Positions 16,013 through 25,499 of a DNA stretch of 64,000 nucleotides are shown here, piece after piece. The notes under the pieces are model-generated. The model worked only from the letters and a program-made list of their open reading frames with translations, was not told the DNA's origin and ran no database searches. This DNA comes from an uncultured Candidatus Saccharibacteria bacterium. Its GTDB lineage: Bacteria > Patescibacteriota > Saccharimonadia > Saccharimonadales > CAYLGV01. Made by a program: the position numbers and the translations under genes. Position 1 is the first letter of the stretch, and every line of letters begins with the position of its first letter. The stretch covers positions 109,738-173,737 of the forward strand of contig CAYMZG010000002.1 in assembly GCA_964394925.1 (NCBI GenBank), written 5' to 3'.

Positions 16013-18565
16013 CTACGAAAACCGCTTGTACTCAGACTGTTGCTTTTCTAACAACTCTTTGGCATCTGTTAACTGTTGTTTTGTTTGATCTACAAGCTTC
16101 TTCGGAGCCTTGTCAACGTAAGCCTTGTTGGCCAGCCGGCCTTCGAGTTGGGCAATGGATTTTTGGGTCTGCTCAATCTTTGCTGACAGCTCGTTAGTGA
16201 ACTGCTTAACAGTCTCTTGGCCAAGGTCTAACCAGGCATTATGACGCGGGTTGGTGAGCTGAAGGCCCTCTCCCCTTGACGGCTGCCTGGTTACTGCCGA
16301 GAGATTTGCCAAGACCTGTATGAGGTCGGCATGCTCGCTGATGAACGCGTCATCTTCATATTGTAGCTGTGGTTTGCCCACCTTAAGGCTCGATGAGATA
16401 AAGCGTATCTCAGTCACGAGTTCACGAATCTCTTCAAAAATTGCCGCTGAAGAGTCCTTTGTCTCGGCGGCTTGAGGCCACGAACTAATTGCCAAGAGAG
16501 TGTCACTTTCCCATTGCAGGGTTTGCCATATCGTTTCACTCACAAATGGTGCGAAGGGATGTGCGAGTTTAAGTATTGTTTCAAGGCCATAAGCCAACAG
16601 TCCCTTGTTAAGGCTTACCTTGCTGGCCTCGATGTACCAGTCGGCAAAATCATCCCATACGAAGTGATACAACATCTCGTAGGCTTCGCTGAAGCGAAAG
16701 CCGTCAAGCATGCTTGTCATTTCCTTAATGGTGGCGTTCAGTCGGCTAACAAGCCAGAAGTCTGCTGCAGACTCAGGGTTTGGTGTTGCCTTTTTGCCCA
16801 CGTCATCACCAACCTTGTCTTCAACATAGCGTGCAATATTCCATAACTTGTTACAGAAGTTTCGGGCGGCTACGAGGCGATTCTCGTCGTACGACTGGTT
16901 GTTGCCCGCTGATTGCCCCTGGAGTATGCCCATGCGGAAAGCGTCCGAGCCATACTGCTCAACTTTCTCCATAGGGTTAATAACATTTCCCTTACTCTTG
17001 CTCATCTTGGCGCCATGTTCGTCGAGGACGAGTCCATGCAGGTATACGTTTTCAAAGGGCACATCCCCTGTTATATACAAGCCGAGCATGATCATGCGTG
17101 ACACCCACGGATACAATATGTCCGCCCCCGTTTCCATAACACTCAAGGGGTAGAAATCGGCAAAATCTTCACCGTCAGGGTAGTCGAGTGTGGCGTATGG
17201 CCAACTACTGCTACTGAACCAGGTATCAAAAACGTCTGGATCGCGGTGATATGTCTTGCCGTCAACCTCTAGTATCTCTTGGTCAACCCGCGTATCGAAA
17301 ATCCAGTCGTCTTTGTCGTCAACATTTTGAAAGGCTGGAATCGGTATGCCCCACGCGATCTGCCGGCTAATATTCCAGTCACGCAACCCCTGTAAATACG
17401 TGATGAGCTGTTTCTTCTTAGAGGCCGGGTGAAAAGTGATCTTCCCTGCCTCCAGTACCTTGATTGCCTCTTGGGCAAGCGGCTGCATATCAATAAACCA
17501 CTGATCCATCAACATCGGTTCAATAACCGTGCCACACTTATAGCAGGTGCCAACACGGTTGTGGTACTTCTCGTCGACTTTAATGAGCAGTCCCTTCTCT
17601 TTCAGAGCTGCAACAACGGCCTTGCGAGCTTCCATGATCGTCATGCCCCTGAAGCTGCCGGCTTTTTCATTCATGGTACCACCGTGATTTATCACGCGTA
17701 CAGCGGGTAGGTTGTGCCGTTGCGCGGCGTCCCAGTCGTCGAATGAGTGCCCCGGAGTGATCTTTACCACCCCTGTTCCAAACGCAGGATCAACCATTTC
17801 ATCAGCAATAACTTCAACGTCAAATGATCCATCTGGACCATCTATAGTCACGACCTTATTCACCCATTCGGTATATCGCTTATCATCTGGATGAACCGCC
17901 ACTGCAACATCCCCCAAAATTGTTTCAGGGCGGGTCGTAGCCAGCTCAAACGGTCCATACTTTAGGTAGTACAAAGGCGTTTGAGCATCTTCGTACGCCA
18001 CTTCGATATCGGCGAAGCCGGTCCGGTGAAACGTACAGTAGTTTACTAAGCGTTCGCCTCTGTAAATGAGCTTTTCATCCCACATTTTTTTAAATGTGGC
18101 ATAGGCTCGCTTAACGATCTTTTCATCAAGGGTATATACATAGCGCGACCAGTCGAGGCTGGCGCCGAGCTTTCGGAATTGCGACTCGTAGTTATCGCGG
18201 TTCTCGGCCACAAAATCCCAGATTTGGCTATACAACTCTTCTCGGGAGTAGTCGAAGCGGCTCTTGCCTGCTTTGGCAAGCTGTTTTTCGTAAACTACTT
18301 GTGTTTCAAAGCCGGCGTGATCTGCCCCGGGCAAGAACAATGTCTTGTTCCCAAGCATACGGTTGTATCTGATCATGACATCTTCAATGCCGAGTGTTAA
18401 GCCGTGTCCGAGATGCAAATTACCATTGGCATTTGGTGGCGGTATGACAATACTAAAAGTGTCCTTTCCGCCCCTGTTCTCAGGCTTAAAGGCGCCCTGC
18501 TTTTCCCAGAGCGCGTAGATATCTGATTCATAGTTTTGAGGTTCGTAAACCTTCGGTAGTTTCAT
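16013..18565 (-). CDS. valS: valine--tRNA ligase
   Basis: HIGH motif PPPNANGNLHLGHG, KMSKS motif KMSKSKGN, 850 aa with a C-terminal coiled coil. Confidence 0.95.
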   Translation of the reverse strand: MKLPKVYEPQNYESDIYALWEKQGAFKPENRGGKDTFSIVIPPPNANGNLHLGHGLTLGIEDVMIRYNRMLGNKTLFLPGADHAGFETQVVYEKQLAKAGKSRFDYSREELYSQIWDFVAENRDNYESQFRKLGASLDWSRYVYTLDEKIVKRAYATFKKMWDEKLIYRGERLVNYCTFHRTGFADIEVAYEDAQTPLYYLKYGPFELATTRPETILGDVAVAVHPDDKRYTEWVNKVVTIDGPDGSFDVEVIADEMVDPAFGTGVVKITPGHSFDDWDAAQRHNLPAVRVINHGGTMNEKAGSFRGMTIMEARKAVVAALKEKGLLIKVDEKYHNRVGTCYKCGTVIEPMLMDQWFIDMQPLAQEAIKVLEAGKITFHPASKKKQLITYLQGLRDWNISRQIAWGIPIPAFQNVDDKDDWIFDTRVDQEILEVDGKTYHRDPDVFDTWFSSSSWPYATLDYPDGEDFADFYPLSVMETGADILYPWVSRMIMLGLYITGDVPFENVYLHGLVLDEHGAKMSKSKGNVINPMEKVEQYGSDAFRMGILQGQSAGNNQSYDENRLVAARNFCNKLWNIARYVEDKVGDDVGKKATPNPESAADFWLVSRLNATIKEMTSMLDGFRFSEAYEMLYHFVWDDFADWYIEASKVSLNKGLLAYGLETILKLAHPFAPFVSETIWQTLQWESDTLLAISSWPQAAETKDSSAAIFEEIRELVTEIRFISSSLKVGKPQLQYEDDAFISEHADLIQVLANLSAVTRQPSRGEGLQLTNPRHNAWLDLGQETVKQFTNELSAKIEQTQKSIAQLEGRLANKAYVDKAPKKLVDQTKQQLTDAKELLEKQQSEYKRFS

Positions 18566-18880
18566 AAGAGTTCCTTGTGGTTAGAGATATGTCGTTGGTG
18601 CAAAGAAAATTAGGCCCCCAAGGGGACGTTGCCGCGAACAGTACCAACTACCTGTAGTCTCAACATATGCAACAGTATACCACCCCTAGAGTTTCAGATA
18701 AATGCGAATAGGCCACGTGCCCTTTTCACGTGAAAATAAACAGCAAACAACCAAGGTTTTGCCAAACCCCGTTGTTATTCTCACAACCAATACTGCCTGT
18801 GCCAACTATGTGGAAATGATACGGTCCAAACTATGTGGACAATGGCAGAAAGCTATGTTCTCCAAGAACAAGCATAACAA
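18566..18880 (-). promoter_or_regulatory. candidate T-box-like leader of valS (antiterminator/terminator)
   Basis: On the minus strand: GGGG-UGGUAUAC-UGUUGC...GCAACG-UCCCC, followed by the hairpin GUCCC-CUUG-GGGGC and UAAUUUUCUUUG. UGGU would pair with an ACCA 3' end. The intergenic region is 375 bp, unusually long for this genome. Confidence 0.35.
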
Positions 18881-18941
18881 ATATCAACACCACGTACAAA
18901 TTATGAACTCAACAGGGGTGAAAGATTTAATGATTAGTTCA

Positions 18942-20021
18942 TTACATGGAAAGATTTGGGGCGATCTCAAGCGAGTAGGGATCGGCTTCTGGCCGACCAG
19001 CGGCCGCCATAAAGCAGCCGAGTGTAGCGATCATAGCACCGTTGTCGGTGCACAGCTTTGGGTCGGTGTAGGCAATTGAAATAGGCAAGCGTTCGGCTAG
19101 TTGACGGCGTAACTCTGGGCTCGCAGCCACACCACCACCAATAACCACAGAGGTGGGGTTGAATTCCTCAAATGCTAGTAACGTCTTATCGACTACGGTC
19201 TCAACGGCTGTGCGTTGGAAACTGGCAGCAATGTTGGCTTTCTGGGCTTCAGAGAGGCGCTCAGAAAGCTTAAAGCTAGGAAAATCGTGACCTTCCCCAA
19301 TTTCTTGCTGTGCCGCCCGTAGAACGGCTGTTTTCGGCCCAGAAAAGCTGTAATCGTATTTTCCGGGCATCTTGGCCTTGGGAAAATTGAACGCATAAGG
19401 ATCGCCATTCAGGGCACATTGCGCAATGCTCGGGCCACCAGGGTAGGGAAGTCCCAAAATTTTGGCTACCTTATCAAACGCTTCGCCAATAGCATCGTCA
19501 CCCGTTTGGCCAAGCAGGGTGTAGTCGAAATGATCTCGCCACACTACCAGTTGGCTGTGACCACCCGAAACGATCAGGCCAAGCATGGGAAAGGTCGGTT
19601 GTTCGGCGGGCAGCGCGTAGCCGGGCAGGGAAGTGCTGGTCAAAAAGTTCGCATAAATGTGTCCCTCCACATGATTAACGGCGTACAAGGGTTTGTTCTT
19701 GGTGATGGCCAGCGTGCGAGCTGTCATTACGCCCACTAGCAGGCAGCCACCTAGGCCAGCCCCGTAGGTTACGGCGATGCCGTCAATGTCGTCCCAGGTG
19801 CAATCAGCCTGATCAAGGGCTTGTTCGATAACAGGAATAACGGCCTCGATATGACTGCGCGCGGCAATCTCGGGGACTACGCCGCCGTAGGCCCTGTGCA
19901 GGTCCATACTCGAGAGTGTTACAACTGACAGCAAACTGCGGCCATCTTCAACAATGCCGGCAGACGTCTCGTCGCAACTGGTTTCAATCCCAAGAATTTT
20001 CACGCTTAAAGTGTACCGCAC
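18942..20021 (-). CDS. tsaD: tRNA N6-adenosine threonylcarbamoyltransferase
   Basis: ILGIETSCDETS N-terminus and Kae1/TsaD-like length and motifs. Confidence 0.9.
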   Translation of the reverse strand: MRYTLSVKILGIETSCDETSAGIVEDGRSLLSVVTLSSMDLHRAYGGVVPEIAARSHIEAVIPVIEQALDQADCTWDDIDGIAVTYGAGLGGCLLVGVMTARTLAITKNKPLYAVNHVEGHIYANFLTSTSLPGYALPAEQPTFPMLGLIVSGGHSQLVVWRDHFDYTLLGQTGDDAIGEAFDKVAKILGLPYPGGPSIAQCALNGDPYAFNFPKAKMPGKYDYSFSGPKTAVLRAAQQEIGEGHDFPSFKLSERLSEAQKANIAASFQRTAVETVVDKTLLAFEEFNPTSVVIGGGVAASPELRRQLAERLPISIAYTDPKLCTDNGAMIATLGCFMAAAGRPEADPYSLEIAPNLSM

Positions 20022-20050
20022 AATGGCGCAGCGTGCGCTATCATAGGGGT

Positions 20051-21337
20051 ATGAATCCGAAAAGACTCGCTCGCAAGGTTATCCCTAAACAGGGTATTAA
20101 GGTTGCCGAGGAAACGTACCGCAAGGGGCGCGTATATGGGTTGCAGGCGCGCCATGGTTTCCCAGCCCGTGGTTTGCGCGTTATTGCTACTACTGGCACG
20201 AATGGCAAAACCACCACCTCGATGTACATGAATGAAATCCTCAAGGCGGCTGGGCACAAAACGGCCATGTTCACGACGGCTGTCATTGAAATTAACGGTA
20301 AGGCCGAACCAAACCGCACACACCGTACTGTACCCGTTACGGCCGAGCTCATGAAATTCTTCAAACAGGCCAAGCAAACAGGGGCGGAATTCGTGATTTT
20401 AGAAGCCAGTAGCCAGGCGTTGCACCAACACAAGTTCAAAGGTGTGCCGATAGAGGTGGGGATTATGACCAATCTCACACAAGATCACCTTGACTACCAT
20501 GGCACCATGGAGCGCTACGCCGAAGCCAAGGCACGGCTTTTTAACCGTTACACCAACCCTGCATATTGTGTGCTGAATGCCGACGACGAATGGTACGACT
20601 ATTACCTCATGCAATCGGCGGGGCAGGTGGTAAGTTACGGCGAATCTGGCGATGCCGCGGAGCGGATTCAATCTGTTAAGCAAGGTGTTGATGGCTCAAG
20701 CTGGACGCTAAGAAGCGGCCAGCACAAATTGAGCCTCAAAACATCGTTGCCCGGACTCTTCAATGTGTATAACGCCTCGGCTGCTGCTTCAGCAGCCCAG
20801 GCTCTTGGCTTGGCTGACGACGCCATTGCTAAAGGTGTAGCTGGTTTGAAACTGGTGCCAGGCCGCATGGAGCGTATCGATGCGGGGCAGCCCTTTGAAG
20901 TCTTGGTTGATTTTGCGATCACCCCAGATGCTCTCGAAAAAGCGCTCATAGCGGCACGTGCTACGACAGGTACAGGTGGCAAGGTGCGCATCGTCTTTGG
21001 CGCCACGGGCGACCGAGACAAGGGTAAGCGCCCTATCATGGGGCAGGTTGCCGCCGAACACGCCGACGTAATCTACCTCACCGACGACGAAACCTACACC
21101 GAAGATCCTGACGCAATCCGACATGCCGTCTACGAAGGTATCAAAAGCGAACAGGCCGAAAAACGCACCAAGGTCATCGCTGATCGGCGCGAAGCGATCC
21201 AACAAGCCTTTACTGATGCCAAGAAGGGCGATGTTGTTATTCTGGCCGGCCTCGGCCACGAGGATAGTCGCAATATGGGCGGCCGGTTGGTTCCTTGGGA
21301 TGACCGAGACGTTGCGCGAGACCTATTGACAAAATAG
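20051..21337 (+). CDS. murE: UDP-N-acetylmuramoyl-tripeptide synthetase (MurE-type Mur ligase)
   Basis: GTNGKTTT P-loop, TNLTQDHLDYHG and GATGDRDKGKRP motifs. Start at ATG 20051; the upstream part of the track ORF overlaps tsaD. Confidence 0.8.
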   Translation: MNPKRLARKVIPKQGIKVAEETYRKGRVYGLQARHGFPARGLRVIATTGTNGKTTTSMYMNEILKAAGHKTAMFTTAVIEINGKAEPNRTHRTVPVTAELMKFFKQAKQTGAEFVILEASSQALHQHKFKGVPIEVGIMTNLTQDHLDYHGTMERYAEAKARLFNRYTNPAYCVLNADDEWYDYYLMQSAGQVVSYGESGDAAERIQSVKQGVDGSSWTLRSGQHKLSLKTSLPGLFNVYNASAAASAAQALGLADDAIAKGVAGLKLVPGRMERIDAGQPFEVLVDFAITPDALEKALIAARATTGTGGKVRIVFGATGDRDKGKRPIMGQVAAEHADVIYLTDDETYTEDPDAIRHAVYEGIKSEQAEKRTKVIADRREAIQQAFTDAKKGDVVILAGLGHEDSRNMGGRLVPWDDRDVARDLLTK

Positions 21338-21362
21338 AAAAATAAAGTATAATTCGGCGCCT

Positions 21363-21560
21363 ATGAGTAATGTTATTAACCTCTCTGGCGATTATATTGA
21401 CCCCTCGAAAGAATTAGATCGCCTTATTGCTGAAAATTCGAAATTTGTAGATGACATAGCCGATATCTATGCCACCACGGACACGCTGCCGAGCCCTGCA
21501 GATGTACGTACGGCAGAGTGGCTTATGGAAATAGTCAGTAAGCACACCAGTCAAGATTAG
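21363..21560 (+). CDS. hypothetical small acidic protein
   Basis: 65-aa ORF, AT-richer than its neighbours, no motif recognised. Confidence 0.4.
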   Translation: MSNVINLSGDYIDPSKELDRLIAENSKFVDDIADIYATTDTLPSPADVRTAEWLMEIVSKHTSQD

Positions 21561-21606
21561 TCGACTAAGAGACCCCACACAATAGAAAACTGAACACAAC
21601 TACATA

Positions 21607-22260
21607 TTGAAAAAAACACAAAAATATGCTAATATAATACATAAGATGACAGAAAGTTACCGTCCTCCACATCAACCAGGCGAGCGTGATACAACACCAC
21701 GTTATAGCTTGGCATATGAGCTAATTGGCTCGGACGATACTATCGTACGACACCCCGGTGGGGGTTCGGCACGAATCGTGTCGTATCCACAGGCAAGAGG
21801 GCGTAAGAGTGTAATACGTGAAGTACTTCTCGGCAAGGGTTTAATCCTGGGCCGTGTGCGTAGTGAAATTGATGATAAAGAACAACAGTTTATCGTACCT
21901 ACTTCAGCTCGGCCAATTGCATATGATGCCCGTGTGGATGCCCCGGGTGCATTCTCGTACAACGACGAACAGTTGTTCTTCGACCTTGGTAACTTATTGG
22001 GTGAACTTTACTTGAGTGATCAAGAAGAGCCTGTGGTTGTCGGAAATATTGGTCGGGCGGTAGCACTGGTTGAGTTCACACGGCCGAATGAACGACAATT
22101 GTATTTTGTGCCAGGTATCGAACGCATTATTGAAACGTTGCCAGTGGGCTTTGAGCCCTCAGAATACTACACAGACAGTCTCATGCAGACATTTGGGCAC
22201 CGATTTGATCTTGCTGCAGTCAGCTTTAGGATGGGCTTCTCGGAGGCCGTCGCCCAATAA
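21607..22260 (+). CDS. hypothetical protein (start uncertain: TTG 21607 or ATG 21646)
   Basis: 217-aa ORF, no recognisable RBS or motif. Confidence 0.45.
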   Translation: MKKTQKYANIIHKMTESYRPPHQPGERDTTPRYSLAYELIGSDDTIVRHPGGGSARIVSYPQARGRKSVIREVLLGKGLILGRVRSEIDDKEQQFIVPTSARPIAYDARVDAPGAFSYNDEQLFFDLGNLLGELYLSDQEEPVVVGNIGRAVALVEFTRPNERQLYFVPGIERIIETLPVGFEPSEYYTDSLMQTFGHRFDLAAVSFRMGFSEAVAQ

Positions 22261-22270
22261 AGGAAGCTAC

Positions 22271-23374
22271 ATGGTAATTGCTATGCATGAGATAAGCGGC
22301 CAGAGTGAACGTCTCATTGATAATGAAGCAAGGCGCCTAGTTGAGTTCATGGATATACTCTCGGATGTTTCGCGGGTCGACCTGATCGTGCCAGATATTG
22401 ATATGACCGACGAATATCCAGTCGAGTTTGCTAAACGCAGATTCCTCGCGTATAGCTATGAACAAGAACCCACATTATTCTTGAATCCCTCCCTAGTTGG
22501 TCCTCAGCTCAAGGAGGATACCAGCTTGGCATTCGAGCCACTTGTCGCCCGTGCGGGTAAGCGTTCAGCCCACGGTGTGTTTTTTGGTAGACTCCACATT
22601 GGCGAACAAAGCATTGATGTTGCAGTAAAGCCACACATGGCCAATGCTTTTACATCTGGCCCAGATGACTATTTCAAAACAGCTGCGATGCAAGACGAAG
22701 GTTTCTATTCGCTTACTCCCGCCGCATTACTACTAACAGGCAAAGATCAAGACATCGCTTACTCAATGAGTGTACTTGAAGAGGGGCTTACAACTCTCGA
22801 CAGTATTGACTGGCAAGATTACTTCCCTGATATGACAGCGAACCCTGGTATGCAAGATCTGTGGCGCGAGGTAAGTGGTCAGGCGGCAGTTTTACATGCC
22901 ATGGGTAACACGAGCCACGGTGACTTAGCCGCCCGCAACATTGCCATTCATCCGGATGGAGCAGCTTTTTTCATCGACTGGGAATATGCCTACATTGCCA
23001 GTGGCGAACCACGTGATGCGGAGGCAAGATACAATCGGAGCTATGGTGATCTATCGACCCTTCTGGAGTCGATGTGTCTACCACCACATGCCAATATTGG
23101 CGGTGTTGAGGGAATTGGCGGTAAATCGGGCATTGGCATTTTCTATGGAAAGAATGAAGATTGGTGGCAGGGTTTTTGTGACATATTCTGGGATGAGTAT
23201 GTTCTCATCCGCCTTGAACTTGCCAAAGAGGGAAACCATAAAGGCAAGGTGCTACTAGAGGTACAAGAAGAACTAGAGCAACTCGAGATAAGCCTAAAGT
23301 CTGACATGGAGATGATGCAAGCAATTTGCGCATCAATTCCACCGGTCCAAAACCAACAGTTGACGCAAAATTAG
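22271..23374 (+). CDS. protein-kinase-like fold protein (APH/RIO-like catalytic loop)
   Basis: ATG 22271 with AAGGAAG upstream. Catalytic-loop-like HGDLAARNIAIHPDG followed by FIDWEYA. Confidence 0.55.
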   Translation: MVIAMHEISGQSERLIDNEARRLVEFMDILSDVSRVDLIVPDIDMTDEYPVEFAKRRFLAYSYEQEPTLFLNPSLVGPQLKEDTSLAFEPLVARAGKRSAHGVFFGRLHIGEQSIDVAVKPHMANAFTSGPDDYFKTAAMQDEGFYSLTPAALLLTGKDQDIAYSMSVLEEGLTTLDSIDWQDYFPDMTANPGMQDLWREVSGQAAVLHAMGNTSHGDLAARNIAIHPDGAAFFIDWEYAYIASGEPRDAEARYNRSYGDLSTLLESMCLPPHANIGGVEGIGGKSGIGIFYGKNEDWWQGFCDIFWDEYVLIRLELAKEGNHKGKVLLEVQEELEQLEISLKSDMEMMQAICASIPPVQNQQLTQN

Positions 23375-23457
23375 CAGTCGAGTATAGTGAGTGCTAACGA
23401 GCGGCACTCGCTATTTTTTTGTCCGCTCATGTTTATACAACAATAAAGGAGGTTTAC

Positions 23458-23724
23458 ATGAGTGTCCCTATTCAACCACTGGCCGACTATGTGGTGGCCC
23501 AACAAGAAGAGGCTAGCAACAAGACTGCGAGCGGTCTGTATTTACCAGATAACGCCCAGGAAAAACCCAAGGTTGCCAAGATTTTGGCAGTCGGTGCTGA
23601 CGTTCGCCAACTCAAGGTGGGCGACAAGATTATTTATAAGAGTTACAGCACCACCGAGGTTAAGCTCGGTGCCGACGATTACATTTTAGTTAAAGAAGAA
23701 GACGTCTTAGCGACGGTTAAATAG
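23458..23724 (+). CDS. groES: co-chaperonin GroES
   Basis: MSVPIQPLADYVV..., AAGGAGG RBS, adjacent to groEL. Confidence 0.95.
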   Translation: MSVPIQPLADYVVAQQEEASNKTASGLYLPDNAQEKPKVAKILAVGADVRQLKVGDKIIYKSYSTTEVKLGADDYILVKEEDVLATVK

Positions 23725-23738
23725 GAGGTATCTTACAT

Positions 23739-25382
23739 ATGGCCAAGAAAGTATTTTATGACGATGATGCCCGCCGCCGCGTGCTGGGCGGAGCACAAAT
23801 TTTGTACGATGCCGTAAAGACTACCATGGGTCCGAAGGGTCGCAACGTGGTAATAAGTAAGTCTTACGGTAATCCATCTGTAACACACGACGGCGTTACG
23901 GTAGCCAAAGGCGTAGAGATTGCTGATGTTGACGATGAAACTCTCGGCTACAAGGTTGGCGCTGAACTTATTAAACAAGCTGCAAATAAGATGAACGACG
24001 TAGCTGGTGATGGCACTACGACCGTAACGGTTCTGACGTATCACATCTTGAACGAAGCTAATAAGCTGATTGCTGCGGGTCACAACCCTATGCTGCTTCG
24101 CAAAGGTCTCGAGGCGGCGGCGAGTGACGTGATCGCCAAGCTTGGCGGTATGGCCGAAGACATTAAGGGCAAGAAGTCACGTGTGGCCGAAGTGGCTACC
24201 ATTAGTGCGGGCGACCAGGAGATTGGTAACCTTATCGCTGATGTGATCGATAAGGTTGGCAAAGAAGGTGTGGTTACGGTTGAAGAAGGCCAAGGCTTAG
24301 CACTCGAGAGCGAGGTGGTCGAGGGCTTTACGTTTGACCGCGGCTTTGTGAGCCCCTACATGGTGACCGACACGGCTCGCATGGAAGCTATTTATGACAA
24401 GCCAGCCATTGTTATCACCGATAAGAAGATTAGCTCGATCCAAGAGTTCTTGCCACTGCTCGAAAAGCTGGCGCAAGCAGGAAAGAAAGACCTCGTACTG
24501 ATCGCTGACGATGTTGAAGGCGAAGCCCTCGGCACGCTCATTTTGAACCGCCTGAAGGGTGTATTTAATACGATTGCTATTAAAGCACCGGCCTTTGGCG
24601 ACCGTCGCAAAGATGTACTGAATGACATTGCAATCTTGACTGGCGCCGAGGTGATTACCGAAGACCGCGGCATGACATTCGAGAACGTTGAGCTCGATGT
24701 GGTTGGTACAGCGCGCAAAGTTATTGTTACGAAAGACGAGACCACCATCATTGAAGGCGCTGGTACTAACGCGGCCGTGAAGGCACGCATTGATCAGATC
24801 AACGCCCAAATTAAAGCTGCAACGAGTGAGTATGACAAAGAGAATCTCGAGAAGCGTCGTGCAGCTCTCCAGGGCAAAGTGGCCGTGATAAAAGTCGGTG
24901 GTGCCACCGAAACCGAGATTGAAGAGAAGAAGTATCGCGTTGATGACGCTGTTGCAGCGGTAAAAGCTGCCCTCGATGAAGGTATTGTGCCTGGTGGCGG
25001 CGTTACGCTTGTGAACCTGGCTACCGGCATTACCGTTACAGGCGCTGACTCAGATGCTGCTGGAGCACAGCTACTCAAAAATGCTCTCGAGAAGCCGTTT
25101 AGAATTTTGCTCGACAATGCTGGTCTTAACCCCGACGAGTGGTTGCCACAGGTAAAAGCTGGCAAGGCTGGCTATGGTGTGAACGTGAACGATGCCACCA
25201 AGTTGGTTGACCTTAAGGCTAAGGGTGTTATTGACCCTGCTAGGGTTACCAAAGAGGCTATCCAGAACGCCGTTTCAATCGCAGGCACCGCCATGACCAT
25301 GGGCGCACTTGTGGTAGATATCCCGGAACCGAAAGGCTCCGCTCCAGCTGCTCCAGATATGGGCGGCATGGGAATGATGTAA
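23739..25382 (+). CDS. groEL: chaperonin GroEL
   Basis: MAKKVFYDDDARRRVLGGA..., AGDGTTTVTVL motif, C-terminal GGMGMM. Confidence 0.98.
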   Translation: MAKKVFYDDDARRRVLGGAQILYDAVKTTMGPKGRNVVISKSYGNPSVTHDGVTVAKGVEIADVDDETLGYKVGAELIKQAANKMNDVAGDGTTTVTVLTYHILNEANKLIAAGHNPMLLRKGLEAAASDVIAKLGGMAEDIKGKKSRVAEVATISAGDQEIGNLIADVIDKVGKEGVVTVEEGQGLALESEVVEGFTFDRGFVSPYMVTDTARMEAIYDKPAIVITDKKISSIQEFLPLLEKLAQAGKKDLVLIADDVEGEALGTLILNRLKGVFNTIAIKAPAFGDRRKDVLNDIAILTGAEVITEDRGMTFENVELDVVGTARKVIVTKDETTIIEGAGTNAAVKARIDQINAQIKAATSEYDKENLEKRRAALQGKVAVIKVGGATETEIEEKKYRVDDAVAAVKAALDEGIVPGGGVTLVNLATGITVTGADSDAAGAQLLKNALEKPFRILLDNAGLNPDEWLPQVKAGKAGYGVNVNDATKLVDLKAKGVIDPARVTKEAIQNAVSIAGTAMTMGALVVDIPEPKGSAPAAPDMGGMGMM

Positions 25383-25410
25383 CAAATCGCCCCAACGTAG
25401 CGTCACACAA

Positions 25411-25448
25411 TTTAAAAGCCCCGCTGCTATGCAGGGCTTTTAAATTGC
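25411..25448 (+). terminator. hairpin terminator after groEL
   Basis: 11-bp stem TTTAAAAGCCC / GGGCTTTTAAA with a 12-nt loop. Both flanks are A/T-rich. Confidence 0.6.
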
Positions 25449-25499
25449 GAAAAGTGCCATTTTGTATTATGGTAGTTACATATCTCTGGGAGAGTTATT

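Noticed and set aside
23733-25369. Several long ORFs lie in other frames/strands of groEL (for example 24297..24809 and 24794..25165). Similar ones overlap valS, pnp, rpoD, polA, rnj and the P-type ATPase gene.
   Set aside because: The sense frames encode unmistakable, full-length conserved proteins. The antisense translations lack motifs.
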